A stretch of 60,648 bases of DNA, the filler included, from Piptocephalis cylindrospora (Eukaryota): NCBI GenBank assembly GCA_003614145.1. It is 9 parts of 9 records of this genome, joined end to end, with 100 filler letters (N's around TTAATTAATTAA, not from the genome) between each part and the next. Parts side by side here need not be neighbours in the genome. Positions count along the whole stretch, not along the records: positions 40,670 to 47,274 come from KZ988269.1; positions 47,375 to 53,964 come from KZ988271.1; positions 54,065 to 60,648 come from KZ988272.1; 6 more parts are not named here. One strand, written 5' to 3'. Positions 44,976-57,289 of the stretch are shown one piece after another. Every line of letters starts with the position of its first letter. Position 1 is the stretch's first letter. The translations under genes were made by a program, and so were the position numbers. A model generated the notes under the pieces. It saw only the letters and a program-made list of their open reading frames with translations. It was not told the DNA's origin and made no database searches.

Positions 44976-47124
44976 ATGTCTCAAGGATTTATTGGTCTTC
45001 GAGTGGCAGTGACGCTTTCATCTGGCCTATCCCTTTCAGGGGTCATTCTCTCGGTGGATCCCACAACAAGGGAGCTTGCCTTGTCGGATGGTAGGTCCTA
45101 TCACACCAGGAGAACAAGGTCTCTTCTCATTCCCCCTACCCTCTATCTCTTTCTTATGCTGTAGTGACAGTGGAAGGGGATCCTCCTCAGCAGTTTAGCT
45201 CTTATTGCATTGCCGGACACCTGGTTCAGGATGTCCGGATCCTCCCAGTATCCACTTCACCTTCAGTCGCGGACAGCTCGGCTTCAGTGGCCCCTTCGCC
45301 CTTGAGCGCTGGTGAGGGAAAGAGAGTAGGTCATCAAGGACCCGTATTCGTGGATCCTTCAGCCCCTGGGTCCCGCAAGTCCCCGACTCTGACTCCTAGC
45401 AACACGACCAACCCTTCCCCATCGAAGCCTCATTTTCCTGGGCATGTGCATCATCAGCATACATCATCTGCTCATCCAGGTCATGGGGGAGGGTACCCTC
45501 ATCAACCCATGGGTCGAACAAGGAATCAAGGTCAACGGTACCCTTCCCCTTCCTCCCCCTCTTCATCAGTATCCTCGTTCACCAACACCTCATCCTCCTC
45601 CCCTTCCATTCAACCGATTCGGGGAAGGAAGCAAAAGAAGAAAGGAAAGGGTCGAGGAAGACCTGAAGGCTCGGTGAATGAGTGGGCGGATGACGATGTA
45701 CGGGAGTACTCGGGCCGTGACTTTGATTTTGCCGGGAATCTTGCTCGCTTTGACAAACAAGCCATCTTTGCTGACTTTAAGGTATACTCGGGGAAGGAGG
45801 AGAGAGGGAAAGGATAAGGGGATGGTCATGTGGGTACTGTGTTGACGCTTATATTTTCCTTTCCCCTTAGGAGCAAGACCAGATTAGTCCGTCAGATCGG
45901 TTGGTGGGACACAACCGAAAAGGAGGAGGTGGGGGAGGAGGAGGAGGGGAAGATCTTCAACGAAAGTTGCATCACACCGAGATGGTGCTGGAGGATGAGC
46001 ATTCCCAGTCGATGATTATGAAGGTGGTTCCGTCCGGAAATGAGATAGGAGGGGGTGGAGGAGAGGAGGAAGAGGAGGGAGAGGAGGAGGGAGAGGGTGC
46101 AGAGGAAGAGGAAGAGGAAGAAGGGACATTGGGTACGGGTAGGGATTTTCCGATTATCTCTTCCAGAGACGTGACTCATGTTAGTACCTTACAAATGTTG
46201 GAGATGGAAAAGTTGGCAGGTAAGCCTTTTTTTGTCTTTAACGCCTTCATACCTGCCTGCCTACCTATCTACCTACCTACCTACTTATCTACATCTTATC
46301 CTCTTCCTTTTAGTCTCGGAAGGAAACCTCAGTTTAGACATCCTGGTGGAGAATGCTGGGAGAGGTATTGCCCACATCATTTTCTCTCTCCTGGCCAGGT
46401 CTTCCTCCTCTCCTTCCTCTCATGGTCCAAAAGGAGTAATTCTTGTAGTGGGTGACCATATGGGTGGATGGGCCACGGTTGCAGCGGCGAGACATCTTCT
46501 GAACCGATCAATCCCACATGTTCATGTGTGCCTTGCTCATGAAGAGGACCATTCCTCTACGCATAGCTCTGTGAGTTGATCTTGGTTCTTCTCTTCCTAT
46601 ACTCTTTTCTCTAACCGTCCATCTCTGTCAATGAAAAGACGTTCCATGGGTTGTTAAGAGCCTATTCCACAGGAGGTGGTCATTTCCTCAATCACCTTCG
46701 AGATTCGCAGCACACGACGGGCCAAGAAATCCTGATAGATGCTCTTTTGGCCCCACACCATCACCTTGCCGACCTACCGTCGAGTAAGGCGGAGCAAACG
46801 GTTCTTGGCCATCTTCGGGCCATTGCTTCCTTCCCCACCATCCTATCCATTGATGCTCCCTCCTCGGCCCTGGACTTGACTGGGACTTCCAAGGCCGATC
46901 CCTCCCTTCAAGTGCAACCCGGTGGGATCATCAGTCTAGGGGCTCCTCGTCTCCTCATCCAAGCCCTGTTGGCTGATGGGTTGCTTCACCGAGTCTGGGT
47001 GGTTGATATGGGGCTTCCCGGGTCTCTTTGGCGAAGGGCCGGGGTCCGGATATGGAATCAATCGGCATGGCCCCAAGGATCCTGGGTGATTCAAATGATT
47101 TCTGGGTCCGAGGAAGATGTATAG
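44976..47124 (+). CDS. EDC3: Enhancer of mRNA decapping Edc3 (LSm + FDF + YjeF_N), multi-exon
   Basis: MSQGFIGLRVAVTL...G...VD (LSm); WADDDV...DFDFAGNLARFDKQAIF (FDF); RLVGHNR; LVENAGRGIA, AARHLLNR, ILSIDAPS, ISLGAP, VVDMGLP (YjeF_N). Confidence 0.88.
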
Positions 47125-47274
47125 CCTGTGCGGGAAAAGAGAATAGATAAACGGGTTGGCATATAGGATCTAATCATCCTTGCTCTTGTTGAAGGAGAGT
47201 ACCCATGCCTTGTCTATGAAAAGTGAGCCATGCAACGAAGCAGAATGCAAAACTGGATCTTATATTCCCTTCTC

Positions 47275-47374
47275 NNNNNNNNNNNNNNNNNNNNNNNNNN
47301 NNNNNNNNNNNNNNNNNNTTAATTAATTAANNNNNNNNNNNNNNNNNNNNNNNNNNNNNNNNNNNNNNNNNNNN
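47275..47374. other. Artificial contig linker
   Basis: N44-TTAATTAATTAA-N44. Confidence 0.98.
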
Positions 47375-47376
47375 AC

Positions 47377-47607
47377 AATGCTCCCGTCGGGCGCGATACC
47401 TGCAAATCCGACAGCGACTGCACTGATAATGCCGTGTCTGGCAAGGGCTATTATTGTCATATTCCAAAAGGCATCAGCACTGGTACGTGTATTGGTAAGG
47501 GTACAATCGCTGGTGAATCTGGTGAACCTGGGGACAAGGACGAGGATGAGGACAAGGATGAGAACGAGGGCAAGGATGAGAACGACAATGGGAGTGAAAG
47601 CGAATGA
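47377..47607 (+). CDS. 3' fragment of a Cys-rich protein with an acidic tail
   Basis: Frame not in the ORF track: NAPVGRDTCKSDSDCTDNAVSGKGYYCHIPKGISTGTCIGKGTIAGESGEPGDKDEDEDKDENEGKDENDNGSESE*. Confidence 0.6.
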   Translation, partial: NAPVGRDTCKSDSDCTDNAVSGKGYYCHIPKGISTGTCIGKGTIAGESGEPGDKDEDEDKDENEGKDENDNGSESE

Positions 47608-48044
47608 TCTGATGACGAGGGATCTGATCATTAAGGCGCTGGTCCCATCTGTCTTCTTCTGCCTCTCAAGTGGCTATTTTTCAGGGATCTCTGGCCCAAA
47701 TAGATTCATGAAATTAAACGTCTTTCTTTTTGGTGTTTTCATGAGCAGCTCCATATTATCTTACTGTGCATTCGTAGGATCAGACTACTGTGCGGAGACA
47801 CTGCCCTTGGTATCACCCATGCCGACCTTTGGGTGGGTACTGCATTCGGACACTCCTTTTGCCTATCTTACTGGGGGAAAAGATAACGGTTATGTTAGTA
47901 ATACCAGTGTCCATTCTTATGTCGTGCCTCTCTCATTGCAAACTTATTGATTTTGGTAGACAATGATCAGAGTGGATAAAGAAAAATGAGTGGGAATAAT
48001 AATGATTGATATCATAATAATAATATAATTACTAGACGACTTCA

Positions 48045-51000
48045 TTAAGGAAGCTCACTAAAGGCTGATGATGCCCATGCCGATCGACAGGGAGGCCCCT
48101 TCATATCCCGGGCAGAAGATGATTCTTTGTGCTGACTTCCAGAGAAATGGATTTCAGCATCGCTTCCTCTGGATTTTGAGGTGGTTTCCACGGCAGTGGA
48201 TTCATCAAAGTTGGCAAAAAGACTATCTTCTTCCGTCTCAACGTCGGTTTCGATCCCTTCCTGATCATCTTCCCCACGTATGGCTTGACGTATCGTCCCT
48301 TCTATTCTTCCTTGAAGCATTTGCAGTAACGCCTATAAGTATGGTGGGAAAGTGAGTACTCAAATCTACAATCTTCCAAAGCTCGTGGCTTTTCCTACCT
48401 TGATCTTCTCTGCAATGATCGATTCGACGGCTGCCTTGATTCTCCGTTTAATGAGCGGCCTAAGTAGACGGTACAAGAGACTGGTGGGTTATGAGGAGGT
48501 TAATTTGAGTAGGGGATGCGGATGATACAATAGCCATTCTCTTTTCGCTACGCTATGAACGTACTCTCGACGCGTTCTATGGAACCGAAGGGATACACGA
48601 GAGACCCGAACACGAACCTCAGAGACAAATGCTGTCTCTTTCCCCAGATGGGCCCCGCCACGAATGTACGTGACTTCCACATCAATTCCCGGGGAAGGTG
48701 TGGAAAAGTCCAATAATCCACTCTGCGTGGTTTTCAGGTAATAGCATGGGGATGAGATGTACTTCACTTTCCTTTCGCTTAATACACATGCTTACATCTT
48801 TTAATCGCGGAGACACAGATCGTTCAAACGAAAACATAATTTCCTTGGCTTCAACCCGCATCCCGGACCTTATGGAGAGGGTGGGTTGACTAGAGTCAGT
48901 TTTCTAGAACATATGCCTACTCTAACGTAGGCCACTTACATGATCAAGCGCACGCGGTGTTCAGATGGTGATGGATTGGGGCCTTTTAGGTGGGAGTGAG
49001 AGTCTACAGAAAAGTTTACATGATCGGGTAGAAGACCATTGCAGTGCAAAGCAATATCACGCAGAGCTAGTCGTACACCTCCATCCTCACTGAAGGATGA
49101 TCAAAGACAGTCTAAGTATGAAAGCTCAGTCCTTAGTGGCTATTGGGCATGGGATGTACTCACATTTCAATAGCCGGGATGGGCCAGTATTCAATGGCTT
49201 GAAGGGTCTTGAGAGAACATTGGAACATCTCCTTCCAAAGAATCCCTCGTTGCCTCCACTGGCCATTGGGTAAAATCAGGTCGGTTCCAAGGCCCACGAG
49301 CTCACGGGCAAGGGCGTTCCACGTCTTGTCCTTTTGAAGATGCTTGGCAGTTTTCCTGCACCACTTTACCAGCTTTTCTGCAGCCTGGGAGGTTTCATCA
49401 CCTTGGACGAGGAGGGTTCCAATCCTCCGTAGGATATCCATACCCTGGCTAATCATCTCCTCCCTTTCCTTCACTTTACGCATCTCGCCCGAAACATCCT
49501 CATGAGGCTCTTCCTCGTTGTGGGGGTCGCTTGAATCAGGGACATCTACGGCGCTTTCGTTGAAATTGACCGCGGACATATCCGACTTAGTGGAGGTTCC
49601 TGTGTGGGTCAATGCCTTGACCAACCAGGCCTTGGATGCCTTTTTGACCTTATCCGACTCGCATGTATCCCTCTCATCATATCCGGTTTCAAGAACACTA
49701 TCCATTTCACAGGCGTGCCACAGTTCCCGCAGCTCTGAGCCTAAAAGTCGCTTCCATAGGGCTCGAATGGCCCGAAGCAGCCTAATGGTATTCATCATCA
49801 TTGGAGTGACTTCCCCCTCGGATCCCCCCCCCCCCCCTCGGACCTTTCTCCCCCTCCCCCTGAAAGACCTGGGGAGATGGAAGTAAGATTTTCGGTCTGA
49901 AGAGTCGAATCGTCCACCTCTTCACCAAGCAAATGTCGCCGTAGAAGGAGCTCTCGACCGACACTCCATCGTTTGTTCAATTCTTCAACTGCCTTGGCCG
50001 TCTCCTTCCACGCCTCCTGCCATCGGGGATCCCCACTACACTCTGCGCCGATGGCGAGGATACGTGTGACAATCCGCTTGGTTTGCGCATCGGTTAATCG
50101 AGTGGACGAAATATTTCGTGGGATGGATTTGGCTGCAGCGGCCAAGGCCTTGGGTAAACTAAGCTCTCCCCGGTGAGCCCGTTCCATCTGAGGACCAGAG
50201 GCTGATTCGATAGATTCGCGTAGCGAAGGGGCAGTGTAGCCATCTCCTTGCTTGTCGCCTCCTCTTTGTTGAGAGGCCTCCTTGACGGATTCAGGGACAG
50301 GGGTAGGGATCAGACGACGCATCCTCCGTCTCCTCCTATCCCCTCCCTGCTCACTCTCCCCATTCGTGAATGATGCGGATGGCTCGGCACGGATCAAGGA
50401 CTTTGCCACGTGATAAAGGTCCATGAGAAGAGGCAGAATATCCTTGGAACGGAGGAGGAGAAGGGCGGCCTGTGAGCCATTGGATATCATGTGGGCTACC
50501 AGGGTAGTGGGAGGTGCTTCCTGGATTGCTCGTTTTTGATGCCTAAAATCTACCCGATAATAGTTAATATTTATATCAGTCCAGGAAAAATAGAGAGAGG
50601 ATGGGGCTATGGCCTCTCTTACCCTCTTCTTCCATGGATATGATCCTGGCATGATAGATAATGGCTTGAATCCAATTGCCATGATTTTTCTTTCCAAGGA
50701 ACTTGGAGACCACAGGGAGCAAGGTCTCTACATCTGCCAAGACCCTTCGACTCTGGGGAGACACGTTCGCCGCCATACGGTGGAGCCCAATGTGCTCACA
50801 GAAGCCCTCTAAGAACCGGCATGTCTGGACCGTCGAGGGCAGCTTTCCTTCTCTACATAGCAGGGCGGGCGAGTCAGAATTATCTATCCATCTTCACTCT
50901 ACCTTGATGAAAGGCTTACCGAAAGGCCTGGGCTAGGAGGAGGGCCCGACGTTGGGTGCGCCTTCGAAGTTTCTCACTATCGGTCAGGCCTCGTTTTCGG

Positions 51001-51053
51001 CCACGATCCCGTCGTTGAGTTTGGATAACCGAGGTAGAAGCAATATATGTCAT
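48045..51053 (-). CDS. Fungal HAM1-like (DUF5923/DUF4449-type) protein, multi-exon, apparent frameshift at a G14 run
   Basis: Spliced N-terminus AQAFR|EGKLPSTVQ...VSPQSRRVLADV...KKNHGNWIQAIIYH; IEYWPIPAIE; C-terminal GIDVEV...VRVRVSRVSL...LLYRLLRPLIKRRIKAAVESIIAEKI. Confidence 0.65.
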
Positions 51054-51725
51054 ATTGAGAAGCTAGAGCGTACAGGAAAGGCGTGGCGGAAAAGATGTAG
51101 GTAGGGGGCTAGGATGAGGGGAAGCTTTAGGTGCCTGCATGCCATTCAATTCATCACACCCTTCCTGGTTTTTATACGCCCTGTCCCTTATCACTATGGT
51201 CAGGGGAAGGGGGCGGTGGTATAACCCAAGTCTTCCTCACCACCACCGTCCCCAGGGTTCACTTGTCACTTTAGACCCCCCAGGCCTGATCAACCAGCCA
51301 CCCCTGTTCCCACTTCCTTTAGCCACTTCATTTAGAGTCCCATCTTCGTCTCGCTGCTCGCCCTTTTCTCCGCATTACATCGTTGATCCTCTCCCTGGTC
51401 GTACCACAGCCTGAGATCATCATTGTATGACGTCACCAAGGATATCTGCATTGAGAGCGATGGATCAAAAAATAATTTCCTCATTATCACGCCTATCTGG
51501 TGATTGCCGCTTGATCTGACCATCCTCTAAAATCATCAGAAGTGGGAAGAGCCTTGACCAAAGAGCTCGGCCGGCTGGTTGACTAGATGAATGGATCAAA
51601 AGGTGCATGTTTCCCCTCTCTTTTAAAACAAGAACAGCATATTCGCATTGAAATGACCATGATCTATTCTGTTTCTTACTCGGCCTCCCATCAAACAGTC
51701 ATTCCACTCTCCTATTCCCAATGCA

Positions 51726-53964
51726 CTAGTCTGTGGTGATGGCCAGGCCGCGTTGGAGGACAGCGGCCTTGTCTTCGTCACGAATGGAAATATCCACGCC
51801 AAACAACAAGTCCTCCCTATCCCCGTTTAGATACACGGGGAGAAGGGTCACGGCCCCCTTGGACTCGGATGAGGCATCCGCCTCAGAATCTCCCTTAACC
51901 CACCGAATGCCACACTGGCCCAAGCGGGTGAATCCACCATCGCCAGGAGCACACAACGCAAGTCGACCATCCTTCCCCCCCTCCCACCGGGCCCCCTCGA
52001 GACGTAGGCCAGATACGGCAAACCGATCTTCCTCATGTTTCATCCCACCTCCCTCGGCCCCTTCGTCCTCCTCCCCACTGGACAGGTCCAGGCGTAGAGT
52101 CAGCTCCTCTAAGGACCAGGCGTGTCGCTGAGCCACAGCCTGACGAGTGGCAGTGATGAAAGCCCCAGGATTGAAGAGACCTCCGAGCCAGACCGCACCT
52201 TCGCCCAGACTAGCACCTCCGGCCCCAGCCAGGGACTTGGCTTCGGCATCCGTAGCCTGCTTCAACCGTGTCCCAAGGTTCACGATCCACTGGGCCAATG
52301 ATCGGTTCCGTGGGACCTTAAACTTGCGCCAATGATCGGGGATCAGGCCACGGGAAAGGCTAGATAAGAGCATCCGCCTGTGATTGGTCTGGGGCGCCGT
52401 CCCAGCACACACCTCCGCCACTTCTTGGAGATCGCCGACAACACGAGCAAGGAGGGATCGACCCAACTGGGCCTCACGGACAAATACCCGGACCAAGGGA
52501 TCCTTGAGCAGGTCCGAGGGGACCTGAGGTGGGGTGGATACATTGGGCAGTAGATCAAGCCACTGAGCGACATGCGTGCCCAAGGTACGCATCCACGCAG
52601 GCTGCTGTTGTTGATTGGCAGCGGTTGATCCACCTTCACCTCCATCGGCACCTCCCATCCCGCCCAGGCCCCCACTTAGCTCGACGGCATCTCCGCCACC
52701 ATCGGCTTCCCCAGACTCGTCCGATGCCACACTCTGCATCTTCCTGGCGCGGGAAAGTAGGGTCTGACCCCGGGCTGTGAGGATGACCCGCTCGGCATCA
52801 GCAGGAAGACCCAGCCAGGTAGGCGGTTCTCGGTCAGGAAGGGCGTCTACCCAAGTGAGAAATTGCTCCATGCGTGTGGCATCCGGGATACAAAGGTCCT
52901 TGTGGATGCTCGCGGAAATCTTCCGCTTTGAGGCTCCCTCCTCCTCCTCTGGCGATTCATCCACCTCCCCGCTTCCACTGCTTCCTTCCTCCCGCTTCAC
53001 CAGGGCAAAGTTGTAATCGTAACTCTTGGGCGTAAAGAGAGTTCCGACAAAGGATTCCAGAACTCGTTGGTCGTACTCATTATCAATCCGGCCTCCATAT
53101 ACCGACTCAGTGAGCAAAGTGCGGATAGCAGCCCAAGGGATTTTCTCGGGGGAAATGTGCGTCTTGGCCGCTCCCTCCTCCTCACCAATGGCCGATGAAT
53201 CCAGCCAGCGATCAATAGTAGCTAACGCAGACTCATGATCCGCCTCACCAAATTCGTACCCCTTACTCCATCCAAGAGGCACATATCTCAATCGTTCTAC
53301 CACCACGGCATGCAGCCACGCCAGCAGGAAGTAAAGCCTGGCTCGTTCAGCCGGAGCCTTGGCCACCCTGGCTGTGGGTATGCCTCGAAGGAGCTGCTGC
53401 AGGTGGGCACGAACCCCAGGAGCAGGCTCAAACATGAGGACACGAGCACGTCTTAGTAGATTAACCGGGACCTTGGGATGCGTCTCCATGGTTAAGAAGA
53501 GGCGGAAGGAAGCATGGGGTCTTAGGGCATGCAGACGTTTCTCCAGCTGGCCAAGCCATTGGGGAGCCAAATGAACATTCTTGAGAAGGACCCAAGTACC
53601 TGTCTTGGCAGCAGATGTAATGGCTGCATCAGCCAAAGTAAAACCTTCCGCTGACCCCAAAGCCACAGCTACACATCGAGCCGTCCGCTCGGCCGCCAGT
53701 TGCTCTACGCGGTTTGACGCATCATGCCCTGGGACGGAGCATAGGGCCACTGGGGTCGCCGATGCTACCTCCTTATCCACTAGCTCACCAAGCTGTAGTT
53801 CCGTGGTGGAGGCTTGAGTGAGGAAGTTTTCCTGTTGGAAGACTCTTCGGACAAATCCCTCCACTGACGAGACCAGCCTATCCGACCTCAAGCATCGGAT
53901 TAACAAGAGAGCCCTGAAAGCATAAAGGGTGCCCTCGGGGGCCTCCATCTCTGGGTTCCAGGCA
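51726..53964 (-). CDS. DYN1: Cytoplasmic dynein heavy chain, C-terminal part (AAA6 and C-terminal domain), 5'-truncated
   Basis: ALGSAEGF, GTWVLLKNVHLAPQWL, FRLFLTME, FEPAPG, ERARLYFLLAWLHAVVVERLRYVPLGWSKGYEF, YGGRIDNEYD, WLGLP, VWLGGLFNPGAFITATRQ, PVYLN. Confidence 0.96.
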
Positions 53965-54064
53965 NNNNNNNNNNNNNNNNNNNNNNNNNNNNNNNNNNNN
54001 NNNNNNNNTTAATTAATTAANNNNNNNNNNNNNNNNNNNNNNNNNNNNNNNNNNNNNNNNNNNN
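53965..54064. other. Artificial contig linker
   Basis: N44-TTAATTAATTAA-N44. Confidence 0.98.
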
Positions 54065-54477
54065 AGCCTATAGAAAATGGGAAGATGAGCATGGTGGGAG
54101 GATGCATCTGTCCCTAAAGTAGCATAGTACCTGAAAAGCCAGGACACGAACAAGACGGGCCACCCGACCCCAGACAGCCACATATTCCTGATTGACCGCT
54201 CCTTCCTCAGTTCGCACCTGCGTCAGCCCAGTTCTATCACGAGGGGAAGGGGTTAGCAAAGAAGTAGAAGGCCCATTCCTATTGAAACAAAAGAGCTTTA
54301 CTTGAAGAGGGCCAGAGCAACTGTAAAGGCTTGTGTAGAGGTCTTTGCCCTTTCCAGGTCAGAGACCTGGGAAGAGGCCTGGGTGCCCTGAAGGGAGGAG
54401 GCCTGATCGGCGGAAGACCTCTCCCGGATCAGTGTCTCCAGCTCAATACACTTTGCTGTATACCCAGACAAATCCAT
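54065..54477 (-). CDS. Hypothetical protein, 5' exons only (truncated by contig start)
   Basis: MDLSGYTAKCIELETLIRE...FTVALALFK|TGLTQVRTEEGAVNQEYVAVWGRVARLVRVLAFQ|, joined in frame across GT-AG introns. Confidence 0.5.
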
Positions 54478-55277
54478 GATGGGTATGATTTGATGAAGGA
54501 ACGTTGAAAGAGGTGGAAAAGAGGGGATGAGAAACAGAGAGAAGGACAAGAAGGCAACAGTTCACGTCGACCCCCGGAAACCGGACTTTGAAATTACACG
54601 TTCCCAGTTGTAAAAACATAACCTCTACTCTACCACCGAAGTGTGTACACAGCCTGGGAGATGAATTTGGATCAAGTATCCGCCGTCTTTCATCCACATG
54701 ATGGCCCTGCAAAAGAGCCAATGGAGGGCTCAAGGGACCATGGAAAGTGGGATAGAAGCACTGTATCGTCTTCATTAAATACCCTGGATAAATAGGCTGT
54801 TTGAAGTACTATTTTACGGTTCTCCCTAAAGTCCAGACCCTTACTGTTCAGTCATGGTGACTAGACATATTATTAGGACAGACGGAACATCACTTCATAT
54901 AGACTATATGTTCCCCCTCCCATCCTTGACTGTATGTTCTACGCGCCCCCCTTTGAAAGCGCATTTACCCCATCTAGCATGCCAAGTACTAACTCCGCCT
55001 AGCTGGTATCTCCGATACTGAGCCTCATGCCAAGCTCAACTCCGACCCTGTCCCTTCCTCCTTCCTTACCTTGGTATGATCCACACAGCATGAACAAAAG
55101 GACTGGTAAAGGAAGGTCAGTGGAAATTTAAAGGCATCATCCGATCTGCACTTGTCGCAAGGTCCGAGTGAACCCATCTTTATTTCTTCTTCCTTTCCTT
55201 CTCCCCCACCCCTCCTTTCCCTTCTCGTTATTCGACACTTCTTTCTCAAGTCTCAAATCGCTTTGCTCCCTCCCGCC

Positions 55278-57228
55278 ATGACCCTTACGACCACCTCCTC
55301 ATACTCCACGCTGCCCGAGGCTGATCGGTAAGTGTATCCCTTTCCATCCCTGATGTCCCCTTCTCACCAAAGTACCCTTGTCGGTGCGGTAGGGTGGCAC
55401 GTATTCTCGAACTCCTATCCCCCCTTCCCCCACCCGAGGCCATGGCTGCTGCTGAGGATACACCCAATCCTTATGTGAATCTCTCGGAATTTCGGGAACT
55501 ATGCTTTTATGGTAAGGCCTTCCCCTCTACCTTTGTGTCTAGATGAAAGCGTAATACTGATTATATTCTCTTGGATTAATCTTGCAGGGATTCCTGAATG
55601 GCCGGGGATCCGTGAGACGGCATGGAAACTACTTTTGGGCCTTCTGCCATCAGATAAGCGAAAATGGCCTTCCTCTTTAGCGGGATCCCGAGAAAGATAC
55701 CTAGGTTTTGTCCGGGACTTCCTTATCAAGGATCCTTCAGAGACCAAGGCAGACCCGGTGGATGAGGCACGACTCCTCCAGATCCGTAGGGATGTGAAGA
55801 GGACATTACCCGAACTCGGGGTTCTTCACCGGGCAGTACCTGACTCACCTTACTCCCCATTGACCAGTGCAGCCCGCAGAGAAAGCGTGCTGATGCAACC
55901 CTCCACCCCTACCCTGATCCATCAATCATGGGCTATCCCTGAGGAGGAAGAGGGGGAGGAAGAGGGGATCGGGGGTAAAGAGGAGGAAAGGAAAAGCAAG
56001 GCCAAGGGGAAAGATGCCTCGATCATCAAATATCCATCTCCAAAGCCCATGCCAACCTCCACCTCCACCAGCCAACTCTCCATACCTGTTCCTGTTCCCA
56101 AAATTCAACTCCCTCCCGGGCAAGGCTTTACTATTCATGATGACGACGACGATGATGATGATGATGATGATAATTTTCTGGATATGACAGGAATCGATGT
56201 GCGACGCATGAAGGGAAGAGCCTCTACGCTCAAGGACCTTCCAGGCCGAGGACTGGCCCTTCCCTCCCAGCCTCTGCCCAACTCTCATGACCCAGCCAGT
56301 GCGCTGGCAGAGGCCGTGGACCAGGGAAAGGAGGACCTGGTGGCGATGGGGGGGATTAAGGGCCGAAATCGGTCCCGATCCTTTTCAGATGCGGCTGGAA
56401 GGAGTCGTAGGATCAAAAAGGCCCCTCCGCGTCTTCCTCTGCATATGCCGGTGACTCGACCGATTGAGCAACCGCAGGAGTCGGTCAAGTATGCGGTATA
56501 TGAGCGACTCAAGCATCTGGCCCATCCCCCACCCCTCTGTTCCCCCCTTCGACCTCCATCTCCCCATCGTCCGGACCTGCACTGGGAGGTAGTGGAGCGG
56601 ATTCTCTATCTTTATGCCCGTCTTAACCCCGGCGTAGGGTATGTGCAAGGAATGAACTACTTACTGGCACCGATCTACTGGCTCTTTGCCCAGGACCCCA
56701 ATGAGGCTCAGGCAGCCAATGCGGAGGCAGACGCGTTTTTCTGTTTTACGGCTTTGATGACCGATGCACGGGATCATTTTATCCCCTCTCTAGATGGGGA
56801 TGCCGAGGGTGGGGTCAAGGCTTCCCTTTCTCGTCTTTCTCAGCGGCTATGGCGACGTGACCCTGGTTTACGGGCTGATTTGGTAGGTGGGAATTGGCTC
56901 ATTGGTCGGCTAATGACTTGTCTAGGCACTCACTTACTCTCTGATCCCCTTCATGCTTCCAGAGAGAGAAATCGCTTCAGCCACACTATTATGCCTTTCG
57001 TTGGTGTACATGTCTATGCACGATGGACTGGCCCTTTGCTGAGGTCCTTCGTATTTGGGACTCTTTGCTTGCAGACCCGGAGAGGGGAGAGGGAGGGGGA
57101 AAGGGGTTTCCTTACCTCGCAGACTTTTGCTGTGCCATGCTTATTGTGTGTCGGGAGACGTTGATGCAAGGGACTTTTGAGGAAAATCTCATTATGCTTC
57201 AGGTGAGTCGTATCCAGATGGGAAAGAG

Positions 57229-57289
<61 letters not shown>

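Noticed and set aside
47378..47950. 190-aa ORF with RTRM repeats
   Set aside because: The RTRM repeat is the +1 reading of an acidic DKDEDE tract; the Cys-rich frame starting at 47377 is more protein-like.
14736..53964. Dynein (DYN1) plus dynactin (ARP1) gene cluster
   Set aside because: They are on different contigs; co-occurrence results from size sorting.
6717..54064. Regularly spaced TTAATTAATTAA as a biological repeat or CRISPR-like array
   Set aside because: Always embedded in exact N44 flanks; it is a six-frame-stop assembly linker.
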